Positions 12,227 through 24,809 of a stretch of 64,000 bases of DNA are shown here, piece after piece; position 1 is the first letter of the stretch, and each line of letters begins with the position of its first letter. The DNA is taken from assembly GCF_038025025.1 (NCBI RefSeq), contig NW_027117345.1, forward strand, positions 930,001-994,000, written 5' to 3'. The translations under genes were made by a program, and so were the position numbers. The notes beneath the pieces were generated by a model that was given only the letters and a program-made list of their open reading frames with translations, was not told the origin of the DNA and searched no databases. Origin of the DNA: Phyllosticta citribraziliensis (Eukaryota).

Positions 12227-14635
12227 TCACTCCTTGTCGGCCTCTTTCTCGACTGGCTTGAGGGGAAGCGTGTCCGGGATAAACTCCAGGAGCACCTGCT
12301 CCGCCTTCTCCCTCTCCTCCCGGCTCAGCTTGCGCTGTGCCGGCGGCAGCTGGTCGTCCATGTGGAGAGCACCATGGAGCTTGCCGTACGACTCCCAATC
12401 CCAATCTTCTCCCGGCAGATGCTGCATCATCTTTTTCGTCTGTGTTCTGGGGTCAGCGTCAGCACGTGGGTTTCTCTTAGGAGGCGGCAAGTCTCTCACA
12501 GCTGAGTAGACGATGCCCTCCTTCGAGACGATCATCCCAGACTCAGCCAAAGCGGCCGTGGAGCGTCCAGCTGGATGAACACGTGCAGACCGGGAGCCTT
12601 CCGGTGGGTGGGCAGGGCCGGTGTATGAGCGTTCAGCAGCACGACGACGGCGACGGGACTCAGCTAGGCGCTTTTCTTCCAGCTTCCTGTGCTCCTCGAA
12701 CTTCCAGGTGTCAAAGTCGGCAATCTCCTGCTGGCGTCCGCGCTCGTAATCCTCGCGGTAAGCAACTACGCTGGCCCTGCTCGCAGGCTTGAGTTTGTCT
12801 AGGCCGACGAAAGGCGGAAGAGGCGGTCGCGGCTGACGGTAGTGCGCCTCGTCAAATGGAATCTTATCGAGCTCTTCTTCTAATGCTTCGTATGTGCCTG
12901 GACGGGCGCGGGTACGCGTGGCCAGAGCGGGTTCGGAGTTGACGGGTCTCTGCGTGGACATGGTGGCGGTAGGCAATGCGGGTATGTTGTCGGGCTGACG
13001 TGGAGCGAAGCGACCGCTGCGCGTCGCACGATGGTTGTACGCGCTGGGTGAGCGCTCGCGAGGGCGGAGCTGAGCGGCACTGAAGAGCGGCGTCGAGCGG
13101 TGGGTGGTGCTGAGTTGCTCTGGCGTCCGCGTCACAACTGCGTGGTGGGCGGGCTGTTCAATCACGGCGTCCCCTCTGAGCCTGAGATTTGGACCAGGCT
13201 GGAATTGTGACTCTGCCGGATTGCCTTCCTCCTCGTCTTCCTCGTCGTCCAAGACGACACGATTGAATCTGGCCCGCCTTGGGCGTCTTTCCGCCAACTC
13301 CTCCTCGGTATCCGACGACGCGATGCGCCTGGTGATCTGCACTTGAGTGCGAGTGCTCTGCTGCGGTGCGGTAGACGGCCACGGACGAGCGACAACGTAT
13401 CGCGTGGGGCTTTGGCGCGAAGCCGGGGATGCCCGCTGCGTGGATGAAGAGCTGAGCGGAAGTCTGTTCAAGATCTGGGCAGGGTCCTCGTTCTCTTCGT
13501 TGCCTGGCGAAGACCTTCTCTCGTCGTTGCGATGCTGCTGCTGTGGAGGGTCGGGAAAATCAAAAGGATTGCGGCGGTGTCTGAGCTGACCGTTTGAAGG
13601 AGGCGGCTCACGACGCTCGACTGGCAGTTCCTGAAGCGGCAGTGGGCCTGCGTGAGAGGGGAGACTTGCCAGTGGGATGGGCTCCGGGGTTGAGTCTGCT
13701 CGGTAGTGGATCGGGGCTGTGGGCGTATACTCGTCGACAATGGTGCTTGCTGAGTGGTCTCGGTGTCGCCGTTGAGTGGCCTCTTGGTCCTCGGCCAAAG
13801 CAGTGTTGGAGGACGTCGCGTCGAGAGCTGGAGAATCTTCGTAAATCTCAATGGACGGGACAACAGTGTCGCCATTCACCAAACCGGTCTGACTCGCCAG
13901 AAGCTCGCGTCCACCTTGGTGCGCAACGTCATCAAAAATAGAGCTGTCTGCTTCGAAGAAGCGTCCAAAAACGGGAAGGTCTTGACGGCGTGGAGCCATT
14001 GTCACGTTGGGGCTTTGCGGAGATGCTGGTGATGGTGTTGGCAGACTTGGTGATAGCGGGCGGTATTGGCTTCGCTGGTGGTCGTCAGACCTGGGAGACC
14101 ACCGGACTGCTTCGGGCCGCGCGTGAGTAGCAGAGCGCGCAGGCGCAGAAACAAAAAGGCCTGGGGATGGACTTGAACTTCTGATAGAGATGGGTGCGTC
14201 AGAAGTGCCGGGCCTTCGCCGTCCAGCGTTATTTGCCGAAAGCCTTTCAGCATCGCCTCTCATGCTGCTCTTCGCAAGCTTCTTCCTCTTCGGCACCTGC
14301 GCTGGCTCCTCCCTCGAAGCATCTCTCTTTCTGGAAGACCTCTTCGAAGGCTGTCTTGACGAACCCTCTCCGTTTCCCGGCCCTGACCTGTAACCCACGG
14401 ACGAAGGATCTCTCTCCATGCTAGGGGATGTTTGACCACTCTGGACCGCCGGGAGACTCGAACGATTCATCAGGTGCATGCCGTGGGCGCCATTCCGTAT
14501 CTCGTTGCAGGGCACGCACTGCTGATGGCCGCACCTCGGACACCTCTTGAGCAAGCTGGTGTTTCGCGCGTTGCAGTCGCCACATCTGGCTGTGTGGACC
14601 GTAATTTCAAGAAAATCGCGGTTGGGGCAGGACAT
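12227..14635 (-). CDS. Hypothetical 802-aa protein: N-terminal Cys/His zinc-binding-like module, long disordered R/S/P-rich region, short charged helical C-terminus
   Basis: Long uninterrupted ORF. N-terminal HTARCGDC...RCPRCGHQQCVPC and an NLS-like PKRKKLAK. Confidence 0.75.
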   Translation of the reverse strand: MSCPNRDFLEITVHTARCGDCNARNTSLLKRCPRCGHQQCVPCNEIRNGAHGMHLMNRSSLPAVQSGQTSPSMERDPSSVGYRSGPGNGEGSSRQPSKRSSRKRDASREEPAQVPKRKKLAKSSMRGDAERLSANNAGRRRPGTSDAPISIRSSSPSPGLFVSAPARSATHARPEAVRWSPRSDDHQRSQYRPLSPSLPTPSPASPQSPNVTMAPRRQDLPVFGRFFEADSSIFDDVAHQGGRELLASQTGLVNGDTVVPSIEIYEDSPALDATSSNTALAEDQEATQRRHRDHSASTIVDEYTPTAPIHYRADSTPEPIPLASLPSHAGPLPLQELPVERREPPPSNGQLRHRRNPFDFPDPPQQQHRNDERRSSPGNEENEDPAQILNRLPLSSSSTQRASPASRQSPTRYVVARPWPSTAPQQSTRTQVQITRRIASSDTEEELAERRPRRARFNRVVLDDEEDEEEGNPAESQFQPGPNLRLRGDAVIEQPAHHAVVTRTPEQLSTTHRSTPLFSAAQLRPRERSPSAYNHRATRSGRFAPRQPDNIPALPTATMSTQRPVNSEPALATRTRARPGTYEALEEELDKIPFDEAHYRQPRPPLPPFVGLDKLKPASRASVVAYREDYERGRQQEIADFDTWKFEEHRKLEEKRLAESRRRRRAAERSYTGPAHPPEGSRSARVHPAGRSTAALAESGMIVSKEGIVYSAVRDLPPPKRNPRADADPRTQTKKMMQHLPGEDWDWESYGKLHGALHMDDQLPPAQRKLSREEREKAEQVLLEFIPDTLPLKPVEKEADKE

Positions 14636-17625
14636 GTTGACAGATCAAGCGTTGTCGTCTCACAGTGAATACCGATACAAGCGCAAGGTCGAGAGGAGCT
14701 GGGCTGATGGGCCAAGATACAATCAGGGTGGACAGTGCCGTCGCAAGGTCGGATTGAAGAGTAGGGGAAATCAGAGGTTGTTTGTCCCGACCGGTCCTTT
14801 GAAAGTTGCCAGGTGTGGATGGTTCTCGATACAGCTGTCTTTGATCTGTTCGTTCTGTCTGCGGCTTGACCGCGAGACACGGGAAATCGGAAGGTGGTGG
14901 AAGCTTAGGGATGATCTTGCGAGAGATGCTGCTCGAAGTCGTCGACCTGCTTTCGGGGATGGGTCTCGTAGCTTACCTGTCCATGGCCACTGTCAGCGAC
15001 CTTGCTGTAAGTAAAGATGAAGAGGCGAATGGAAGAGCTATCAACAACACTTACGCAAACGAGGAAGTCAGCTTGGTTTGGAAGATCAAGGCCTTTGGAA
15101 AAGGCGGATATGCCTCTTAATGGAGCAGAGAATTGTTGAAAGATGGAAAGGGGGTTCGTAGACTGGTTGACAACTCTCTCAGAAGCTTGTAGTCGATGTT
15201 TTGGCTCTCAGAAAGTTGCAGTTGGTAGCGAGGCAAGAGGAGCCAGAGTAGACTCTTAAGTACCCGAAAGATACCCACCTTGACAGGCACCACTCCATAG
15301 CTGTCCAGCCAATTTTCAATCATGCGCGCAAAGAAATCCACGAGACGTCGCGACGTGTTGACCCAGGCCATACGTAGCCGACGTCGGCAACCCGAAATCG
15401 GTGGCGTGCACAAACGCGGCTTTTGAGTGGTCGGCAAATGATGGCCACATGGTTGGAAGATCCGAAGGACAGTGGTCAGAGAAGGTTGATTTGACGTGCT
15501 GGACTACCATCGTGACTTCCGGAGCACGGTGGCTACCATGGATGCCTGTCGAGTCCCACGCGCCAGAGCTGAGTTTGTTCTTATTTTGACACAGCTGGCT
15601 TTTCGGAAGCTTCGTGTCGAATCATGATGGCCTCATTAGCTCCAAGATTTGCAAGAGGCTTTGTGAGAAGCGTCGCGTTGGGTGGCAGCGACGATACGCA
15701 TGCGACTTTTGCATGGACTTTGGGGAAGCTGGACGTAGACGTCATTTGAGGCTTCACATAAATGGTCGACACGCACTTGTTTGGGCTTCGCTTGGGACTG
15801 TTTTTGGGGCCGACGTCGCGAGGGAAAGACGTGAGTATGGTGTTGTGAGTTACAGATCCGCCGATGAGAATATGGCAAGGTGAAGTTAGCCGGCTTCATC
15901 GACCACCACACAAATGCTGCTGAGGAGCTTTGATTCATCAGTTCCAAGAAAGCTTTCTGACCAAGCACTGATTCTGTTGCTTGTGAAGTCATAGTAAAAT
16001 GCAATTCCAAAGTGCTCTGCTTGGAGCCCAGCGAGACCACTGTATTGAGAATGGCGGGCTTTTGACACTCGGATCAATGTCTACAGATTTGACGCCAGAA
16101 TCTTAGCAGACTGCACGAGGCTTGCAGAGTATCAAGATGCGCCGAGGTGAAAAGCCCGGCGAAGGAAAACAGGCAGCCGTGCAAAGGAAAGCTACATGGC
16201 AGAGCAATCGACAGATGGTTGATTCACGAAGACGATGCGCGGACAACGTGAATGTTGAGGTATACCTCGGTTCCTTCGTACGCTTTTGCGCCAGTAGACT
16301 CACAACAGTGAAATTGTATGGAATGAAAGGTGTGCGCATCCAGCCTGGTCGAAGGAGCTGAACGGCAAACACTCGACAATCAACTAGCACACTGGAGCTG
16401 CGTGCCGCGGCTGTTGCACCAAGACTGAGCGCTCCCTATCATCGGCCCCGATACCATCTGTCTCTGATCGCGTTCCTTTCTTCTATTCTTAGCCATCTGT
16501 GGACTAGCAGCCTCGAGAAACCCAACACTGACGCTCGCTGGACTGTTGCGAGAAACGCAAACTGACACAAGGTCCCGGAAGTCCCTGAGCTGGCCGATCT
16601 GACATGAGCTTAAACGAAGATCCAGTGACATGCGTCTTGTACGTAGGCCGATTCCTGGCAATCCTTCGGAGGACGTAGTGGTGTGGTCGCTGAAACATGT
16701 CATCTCGACAGAGGGACAGGTAGGATTTCGTAAAACTACGAGTTTTTCAGCTTCACCTCGGAAATTCCGACTGTCAACAGCACGGCTGCCTTTTGTGGAA
16801 CTTCCAGAGTCAGAGTCGGCGATATGCGAAGGTGTCAAGACCTTGCAAAGGGTGTGAGATATCTGTCAGCTCAATATGCGTACTAGTACCTCGTGCACAA
16901 AGCACAAGAGCCATTCGCCATAACTGCCGAATGATGCCGTGCCGATTCGGTCCTGTCATTTTCGGCAACTAATCAGGCCAAGATGGAAGCTGGACGGGAA
17001 CTGTTCGACCTTGAGCGGCGTTGGATTGTCCGTGTGACTTGAGGTGTTCCGTGTCAGCGGTCAGGTTTTGTTGCTCCAGGCCAAATAACTTGTGCAGCGG
17101 CTCGGACGACAAGCTTTCCCGAAGACGCAGCGTCGAGGAAATTCTGTCCGCATCTTGTTCGCGACTTATGCATAGAAGTTTCGAGCCCTGCGCGCATAGT
17201 GACGTAAGGCTTGAGTGACTAGGCCGATCCGCCCACGCGCCTTGGGTTTGGGTCCAGTCTCAGACGCGGCCCGCAGTTATGCTTAAGACGCATCTGTGAC
17301 GCCAACGCCAACAGCTTGGCCCATTAGAAGTGCTGTGATATTGCCAGGGTCTGGAGGAAGCAGGCAGCTGCAGATCCTGTCACACACTTGGCGCTTGACT
17401 CGCAAGCAATGGCGACTTCCTTCGCATGAATAAGCTCCCTGATGATTATGGGAGATTGACCCCATCATCTCTTGAGTTTTCGCTGGACAATTAGCTGTCG
17501 CGTTATATAGGCGAACAGCTCTCATGTAGGCGTCGGCATGCAATATTGTTGTTGTTGATTTGATTGTTCAATGCGCTCCTGCTTGCTCTCGTCCACTCCT
17601 TAATCGCTACTGGAGAGCTTTCACG

Positions 17626-19437
17626 ATGATTGAAAAACCACTTTTCTTGCTTCTTTTTGTACTGTCTGCCGCGTGGGCTCGCCCGCTCCATCGTCGCCAG
17701 GTCCCCGATGATCCTTCATATGGCCAAGTCCTGTCTTCGGTCAACACGAATCTGAAAGCGAACAATCCAGACAGAATCAGCGATGCCATGTTCGGACTTC
17801 TCGTCCGGAACCAGGCAGCGGTCGGTCAAGGAAGTGTGACAGACACAAGTGAGTCTCTTTCCTAACCTCGATGCGATATAAGAACCTGACCTGAGGTTTC
17901 CAGATTGCTTGCAACAATCTGTTGCCGACAGAGCATTCACAAATGCCAAGGCCGCAGGGGATGTGAATGGCATGACCAATGCCCTCGTGTACCGCGCTCT
18001 GGAGCGCAACACTGGTAGTGTTGGTCAACCCAGCAATGCGTGTACCTCTTCAAAGGCCGTCAATCCGGAGATAGAGGCGGTCACTCAACATCAGGTCAGT
18101 AGCACGTCTGTAGTGTTGTTAGTCAAAAGCTCACCAGACTTCAGGACCCAGCCATGCCCGGAGCAGCCGATACCAATCGATTCATCACGTTGCAATTGGC
18201 CCAGCAGATTTCTGCAATCGGCGGCGACCCTCAGAGCGCGTTGAAAGCAGGAGCCTACGGCGTGACTTCGAGAGATATTCTGGACGCGGCTGGGGCAGCA
18301 AATGGAGCAGCAAATGGCCAGGGCGCGGCGAACGGAGGAAATGCCACGGCGACTGGCCAGACTCCACCGGCAGCCGGGGCCGCTCCGCCTCCTCCGCCAA
18401 ACGGAGGAAATGGACAAAATCCGCCAGCAGGGACCGCTCCGACTCCTGCAAACGCTGGAAATGGCCAGAATCCGTCAGCGGCTGGGGAAGCACCAGCTCC
18501 GACTCCGCCAAATGGCCAGAGTTCGCCTGCTCCTCCAAACGGAGGACCCGGGATGATGCCGCCGCCGCCGCCATTGGGCGCTCCTCCACCGCCACCGGGC
18601 TCTGATCCGATGGCAGCTGGAATGATGCCGCCGCCACCACCACCATCGCCAATGGGCACTCCTGGCTCGGGAGCGGATCCGATGGCAGCTGGAATGATGC
18701 CACCACCACCGCCGCCGCCGCCAATGGGCACTCCTGGATCGGATCCGATGGCAGCTGGGCTTATGCCACCGCCGCCGCCTCCTCCGCCGCCAAATGGCAC
18801 TCCCGGAGCAATGATGCCGCCGCCGCCGCCACCACCACCCGGAATGACTCCTCCGCCGATGAACGGGCAAGGAATTGGTCAAGCTGGTGATGGACAGGCA
18901 GCTGGCCAGGGGGGTGGGCAAGGCAACGGACAGGGAAACGGTCAAGTGGGCCAGGGAAATGGCCCAAAGGGTCAGGGGAATGATCCTAAGGGCCAGGGGA
19001 ATGATCCTAAGGGCCAGGGGAATGATCCTAAGGGCCAGGGGAACGGTCCGGCTGGCCAGGCGAATGGTCAAGGCAACGGACAGGGAGCCGCCAATGGTCA
19101 AGGACAAGGAGCAGCGAATACCCCCGCCGCTGTCGCCGCGAAGCCGGATTTGGGCAGTGCGACGAATCCGACCGTAGTGTACGGCAAAGGGTTCGACGGA
19201 CGCGAAGAGTTCAGCTACCAGCCCGCCGACATGGGCCAATTCACCCACGGCTCGGCGCAGGACATCAAGACCGTGACCGAGTTCATCTGCGATCGGCTCA
19301 ACGACAAGTACCAGGCGCCGGAAGATACGGTCGATCAGTGCAGGCAAGCGTCGACACAAGCTGAAAATCGAGGGGGCAAAGCGGCTGCGACTTCGTTCAA
19401 CGCTGCGATGGGATTTGCGGATCCACCAGGGCCCTGA
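17626..19437 (+). CDS. Secreted protein of an uncharacterised fungal family (YRALERNTG...HQDP domain) with a central polyproline and Gly/Gln/Asn repeat insert
   Basis: Exons 17626-17848, 17904-18094 and 18145-19437 join in frame. Signal peptide followed by an RR|Q Kex2-like site. Motifs CLQQSVADRAFTNAKAAGDV and C-terminal GFDGREEFSY..HGSAQDI..FIC. Confidence 0.85.
18970..19032 (+). repeat. 21-nt coding tandem repeat x3 (GQGNDPK)
   Basis: GGYCAGGGGAATGATCCTAAG three times, with degenerate flanking copies. Confidence 0.9.
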
Positions 19438-20332
19438 TCCGCGGAAGTGGAAAAGTTGGGTTGAGCGCTGTACGATAGGAGCATTGTCTATATCTGTTTT
19501 TGGCCGAATGGCTTCCTCGTTTGGAGACGCTCGCTTCCTCTCGTTGCCTGGCCGCCTTTGGATGTGGTTTATTCTGGCATTTGTTGAGTAAGTCTTTTCC
19601 AATCCTTGGTTCACCCTCGCTCTTTCTCAATTCAGTCGTGATATTTTTTCCATCCATCACACGATCGCTTTCAGCGTTGAAGGCTGACTGACAAAAAGGC
19701 GTGCGTTAATTATACCCTGTTGCGGCCATGTAGGGAAGCGTCGCGCAACGATCGGACGAGTCTTGTCCAAACGGCATCAGTTGGAGTAAATGTTTGCAAG
19801 TGGCTTTGGCTTAAAGCCACACTTTTCGGATAGCGTCCTCTTGAGCGCGCCGAATCGCATGGTTTTGGATGCATCTCACCCCAGTCGCTCGTTCGCAGAA
19901 GCCATTGTCCACTGGGCGCAGGCGCCCTTCTTGTACGATTAGGCGCAGTGCGGATGGGCGCCGACCCGAATCAGACAGTCGTTCTTTTGTCTGCAAGTGA
20001 AAGACTCAGTGATGATGAGATGGACATGGCCTTGGTGTGAAGTCGAAGAGACAGAGAATCAGAGACGCGGTCGTCGGTCGTCGCGATAGACGCGTCCCCA
20101 GGATCCACGCTAGGCCCAAGTAGGTCAAGTGCGTGAATCCCTGCGAGCCCTCCCAATTCTGACTTCTTCGCCTTCCGTTTGTCTTTCCACAAGTCACAGG
20201 CCGGACGACTCGAGACACCAGCTGCTCTACAGGTGTAGAAATGGAGATAAAGAATAATCACTCTCATATGCCATATACACAATGAACAATACGCTAATCA
20301 ACATCATCAGTTCGTCACAAACACACGCATCT

Positions 20333-22719
20333 CTACAATGCAAACAAGGAAGCAAGAGCCACCGCCAAAAATCCAAGAAGTGCATGACTGCTCGCGCCCA
20401 CAGCCGTCGCCGCGTTCTTCTTGTGTCCGTTCGATGAACCAGCCGCCGTACCATTCGTGACTGAATCTTTGACACACTGGCCCTTGCCCCACATCACATC
20501 ATACACACCGCGCCAGGTGACCGTCGGGTCAAAGAGCATGGGCGCTGTGTACCAGATGCGGCACTCAGTCGGCTCATAGACAAACTGCAGCGGCGTCTGC
20601 GAGTCATCGCCAGGGCGCAGGTTGTCGCGGTAGTTGATTGCGGCCGCGAGGCCCTGCGAGGTACCAGCAGCGCGGACAAAGACTGACGTGAGGTTGCTCA
20701 GTGTGTCGACGCCAGAGTTCGTCAGCAGTTTGGCACTGGCCCGCGTCGTGGTGAACATCTCCACCGTCGCCGCCTTGTAAGCCAACGTGTCCCAGCCGAT
20801 CGTCTCGGCGCCCTTGGTCCCGCCGACGCCTTGCATGGGCCCTGTTTGCGGGCGTCCGCCGATCGCGACTTGCTTGACAGCGCCCTGGCTCTTTGCCAGC
20901 TCGGTGAAGATGGCACAAGTCGATGAGCAGTAGCCATCCTGCAGAAGCACAATGTTCTCGGCCGCGAACGGCTGCGCAGCCACGTTGGTATTGTTCTCGT
21001 AGCCCGTGACGGAGAATTCGTCATCGCCGACGCTGAAGGGGTCAGAGAAGTTTGTGCGCACGATGCTGGTGAAGTTGTCCGAGTTGAAGACGTGAGGGCC
21101 GTAGAGATCCGCCCAGTCGGCAAAGTCCTTGTTGTTGGCGTTGAGACTGCTGTTGACCCAGAATTCGGAGACGAGGACGCCAGTGCCGACGAGGCCTGCT
21201 TCGAGTATGGTTTCGTTGCCCGCGACCAGCTTACTTTGCGCCCATGCGGTCGTCACTTGGCCCATGGCGTTGAAGGCGGAGTTTGCGCGCCAGCGAGTGC
21301 CTCCATAAGGCTCCATTGTGGGGAACAACTGCTTGAACAAATCGTACCCCAGCTCGGTGGCTCCACCGCCATTGGCTCGGAGGTCTACAATAAGGTACTT
21401 CTTTCCAGCCTTGACGGCATCTGCGAGGAACTGGCGAACGACAGATTGAAAATCTTCCGTGCCATCTTCCTCGACGGGCATGAAGCTTGGAATACTGAGC
21501 ACGGCCACGTTCTGATAGCCAGTGTCGTTCAAAAAGTAGCCCGAAGCAATGTCGTCAGAGGTCTTGTGCACCGGCCAAGGATATCCTGTCGCGGTAGGCG
21601 CAGTAGCAGACGCCGACGAACTGGGCACTCCGGACACAAGGCTGCTCAGGTCCAGTGTGTTGTCTCCGCCACTGCAGAATTGGTCGAAGAAAGACTTGCC
21701 ATTGGTGACACCAGTAAAGTCTGCGTTGACGACTGCAACGTTCTGGATCGAAGTCTTGGTTCCGTTCTCATGGACGAGTTCGGTAGTATCTCCATCGTAA
21801 GCAGATGTGCCGGTGAGTCCTGCAAAATTGCCCATCTGGTCTGCAGCACCATAAGCTTGCTTGGCAATGTTGAAGAAGAGGTTGTTGTAGCGTGCGTCTG
21901 GATCATGGAAGCCTCCATCCTGGCTCGCGAGGTCGTTGAGGTAATCTTGCGCCGGGCGTCCATTGATTGTTTTGACGGCAGAAGGTGTGAACTTGGCCCC
22001 TGCGTTGGTTTGCTTCAGATCCTCTGAATCTCAATTAGTGAATTGTCGGGCAGGAGATCATGCCATCCTCACCAAAAAGGAACACCTCTGGGACAGCTGA
22101 GCCGTCATGAGAGACCGAGACCAATCGACCAAGCCTACCAAACAGAAGTATTCCTGCAATATCGGACAGGTAGGAAAGGTGACCGTCGTCTGGAGGTGTC
22201 AGTCTTGCTCCGTTATGGCATTCGCTGGTATTACTCACAAGCCTTGTTGAGCAGGTTGGATATGTCGATCTGCACATCATACTCGTTGCTATAGCCGCCC
22301 TTGCCCACAGTGTCCGAAATATTTTGGAGTCCAGCCAGGATGTCAACCGCTGGATTGTCGTATCCGCTTGGAGGATTCTTAATGTATGCGAGCGTCGACT
22401 GCCACTCCATAATTTCGGAGATCTCGTCAATGAGATTTTGGTCGCCGCTCTTGTCCACCGGCACTGATTTGAGACATTGGTAGCCAAGCGAAGCCCCAAT
22501 AATCGGCGTGTCTGATGCAGCGATTAATGATGTGAAAGCCTGGCTGACTTGGGCGCAAGGCTGGCCGTTGGTCGCACTGCCTGTTTGAATCGTCGGACTT
22601 CCTGTTATTGTTGCTGGTACCGATATGCTCGCAGGAATTCCACTCCCACTCATTGAATTGGGCGCAGCGGCGGCCTGCCCAAAAAGGACTGCTCCAAAGA
22701 CTGCCGCTTCGACGAACAT
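20333..22719 (-). CDS. Fungal peptidase S41 family protein (CPAF/UstP-like), secreted and probably GPI-anchored
   Basis: Exons 22719-22239, 22189-22073 and 22023-20333. Motifs YDGH, DPDARYN, VDLRANGGG, DGYCSSTCAIF and GGRP..GPMQGVGGTKG. Signal peptide and hydrophobic C-terminal tail (KNAA...LLGFLAVALASLFAL). Confidence 0.9.
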
Positions 22720-23781
22720 GACTGTGTAACGTAGAAAGAACAATGAGAAAGTTTCTCGTGAAACAAAGCCATCATGACTCTGACCGCGGACCTTGTGGTC
22801 TTATGAAGCGTCGAGGTCGTGCCGAGTGGCTTCACGGTCGTCTACTTTGGCCCGTTGCTGCGAATGGAGCCTCGATCCACCGGCTGCATTGGTCCGCAAT
22901 TTAGCGCCATTCTGGCCACTGAGCTTCCAATTTAGGAAGATACGACGGGGCGAAGAGTCGTTGTGTATTGAAAAAAGCCATAGAGCGTTGACAAAAAGGC
23001 TCGTGCTAGGCATCAGTAGGATTTCGAGGGTCCACAGCTGGCTGTGTAAGATGATCATCGTTAGAAGTTGGGCAGGGGCTTTCCCGTAGCACCAAGAAGT
23101 CGCAGCCCCCACCATGATGGAGATCCTTTCACCGAGACCTAAAAATACAGCGGATTGGATGAGGCAACTGATTGAAATTGATATCATGCACCAATTCCGC
23201 CCATTTGGTTGGCTTGTCAACGTACACATGATGAATGAGCGCACGAAATCGTAGCCGTCATGTACTGTACGATTCTTGGCTGGTCGAGAACGCCGGGTGC
23301 GATTCAATCGGCTGACCCTGGAAATGTGGGTCCGTAGGCGCCGAAGGGTTTCCAGAAGACCATAAATTGAGCCACGTCCCGCGCCGAGATCTTGCGCCGA
23401 GATCTAGTCGTGGTAGCAGGATTGGGATGCGGGCTGCGCTGCAAAACAGACCCACAAAGAGGCGTTGTTTGGTGCGCCTAAACTAGGCCGAATTACCCAA
23501 GCGACTATACGGACTGGACAAGGAGCAAGGCTGAGGCACGAATGGCGGCATCGTCGCCGACAGGTTTCTGCTTGTGGGGACGACAAAGGGTGGTTGATCA
23601 GATTTGGGCCCCATAATGGTGCGCCGTATTAGCTCGCCTCCAAGCTTCAGCCACGCTGTTCACACGAGAAAAGAAAGAGACGGCGAACAATCCTGATTTC
23701 AACCATAAGCAGCCAAGACCCTGTGCAATCTACGACTTACAAAGACCTTGATTTTGATTTTGACAACAAAGATGAAATGTT

Positions 23782-24809
23782 TCAAAACCTCGCTTTGTCG
23801 CCTGCCAGCCTCGGAATAAGTTTTGACGCATTCTCAAAGTATATTTTCTTCCTCAAGCTGTCTTCCATAGGGAAACTCTCCAGGTCTTGTGTGAAAGAGA
23901 GAACAGCCGGGCGCGGGGCGTAAGGAAAGTCAGACCCGAAGAGAATCTGATCATGAGGAACAAAGTCCAAAATCATTTTGAGCTGACTGTGAGCTGTCGA
24001 AAGAGCCAGGTCGTAGTAGAAGGATTTCGCATCTTCGAAGATTTCCTCGGCAGTCTTTGTTGCATCGGGGAAACTGGTCGCAGCCAGAGTAACCCGTTTG
24101 ATGAGAAACGGCAACGTGCCGCCGCCGTGCGACAGTATGACCTTACAGTTAGGATTCTCCCGCTTCCTGTTGCTGAGGATCAGGTCGACTGCAGTCCTCG
24201 TCGACTCGTGCGGATACTCGATCAGTGGCTGTGGCATCATGGGGCTAATCAGGGTCGTGTCGACCGGGTGTGTTGGATGAATGAAAACAACAGCATGGCG
24301 GTTATTGAGCTCCTGCCAGATTGGTTTGAACTTTTCGTGGCCGAGGTAATAGTTTCCTTTGCCGTATCTCGTCATCAAGACGATTCCGTCGGCCTTGAGG
24401 GTATCCAAAGCGTACTTGATTTCTTCGAGGGCGGCGTCAACATCCCATAGGTCAGGGACAGAGGCGAAAAAGCCGAAGCGGTCAGGCTTTTGGTTGCGAA
24501 GGTCTGCGCCGTGCTCATTGATTTTCCGCGCCAGCTTCCTCGCTGAGGCTCCCTCCAGGATGGTTGGTCCAGGAGCAGTGACAGACAAGATAGCTGTCTT
24601 GACCCCTGCTTCTTTCATGATATTCTCCGATGTCTCTGGCGTCCAATCAGGCAAGATCCATCCCGAAGGATCGCCACCAGGCGTGGATTTGATTGCTACG
24701 GAGCTGCAGTCAGTTTTGACCATAGTAGTGTAGTGAAGAACGTCGCACCCTCCGCAAAGTCGTGGGGTATGAAGTGATGGTGCGTATCGATCTTTCGCGG
24801 GAGCGCCAT
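23782..24809 (-). CDS. Amidohydrolase-2 family metal-dependent decarboxylase (6-methylsalicylate / hydroxybenzoate decarboxylase-like)
   Basis: Exons 24809-24749 (MALPRKIDTHHHF) and 24695-23782. Motifs GGDPSGW..PDW, AILSVTAPG, VFIHPT, ILSHGGGTLPF, FYYDLALS and LFGSDFPYAP. Confidence 0.9.

Noticed and set aside
20009..20162. GTGATGA ... CTGA resembling a C/D-box snoRNA
   Set aside because: No convincing terminal stem or recognisable rRNA-complementary guide; such short boxes arise by chance.
3094..22719. Canonical dikaritin (ustiloxin-type) RiPP cluster
   Set aside because: The repeats are not flanked by KR sites, and no DUF3328 or tyrosinase gene is present.
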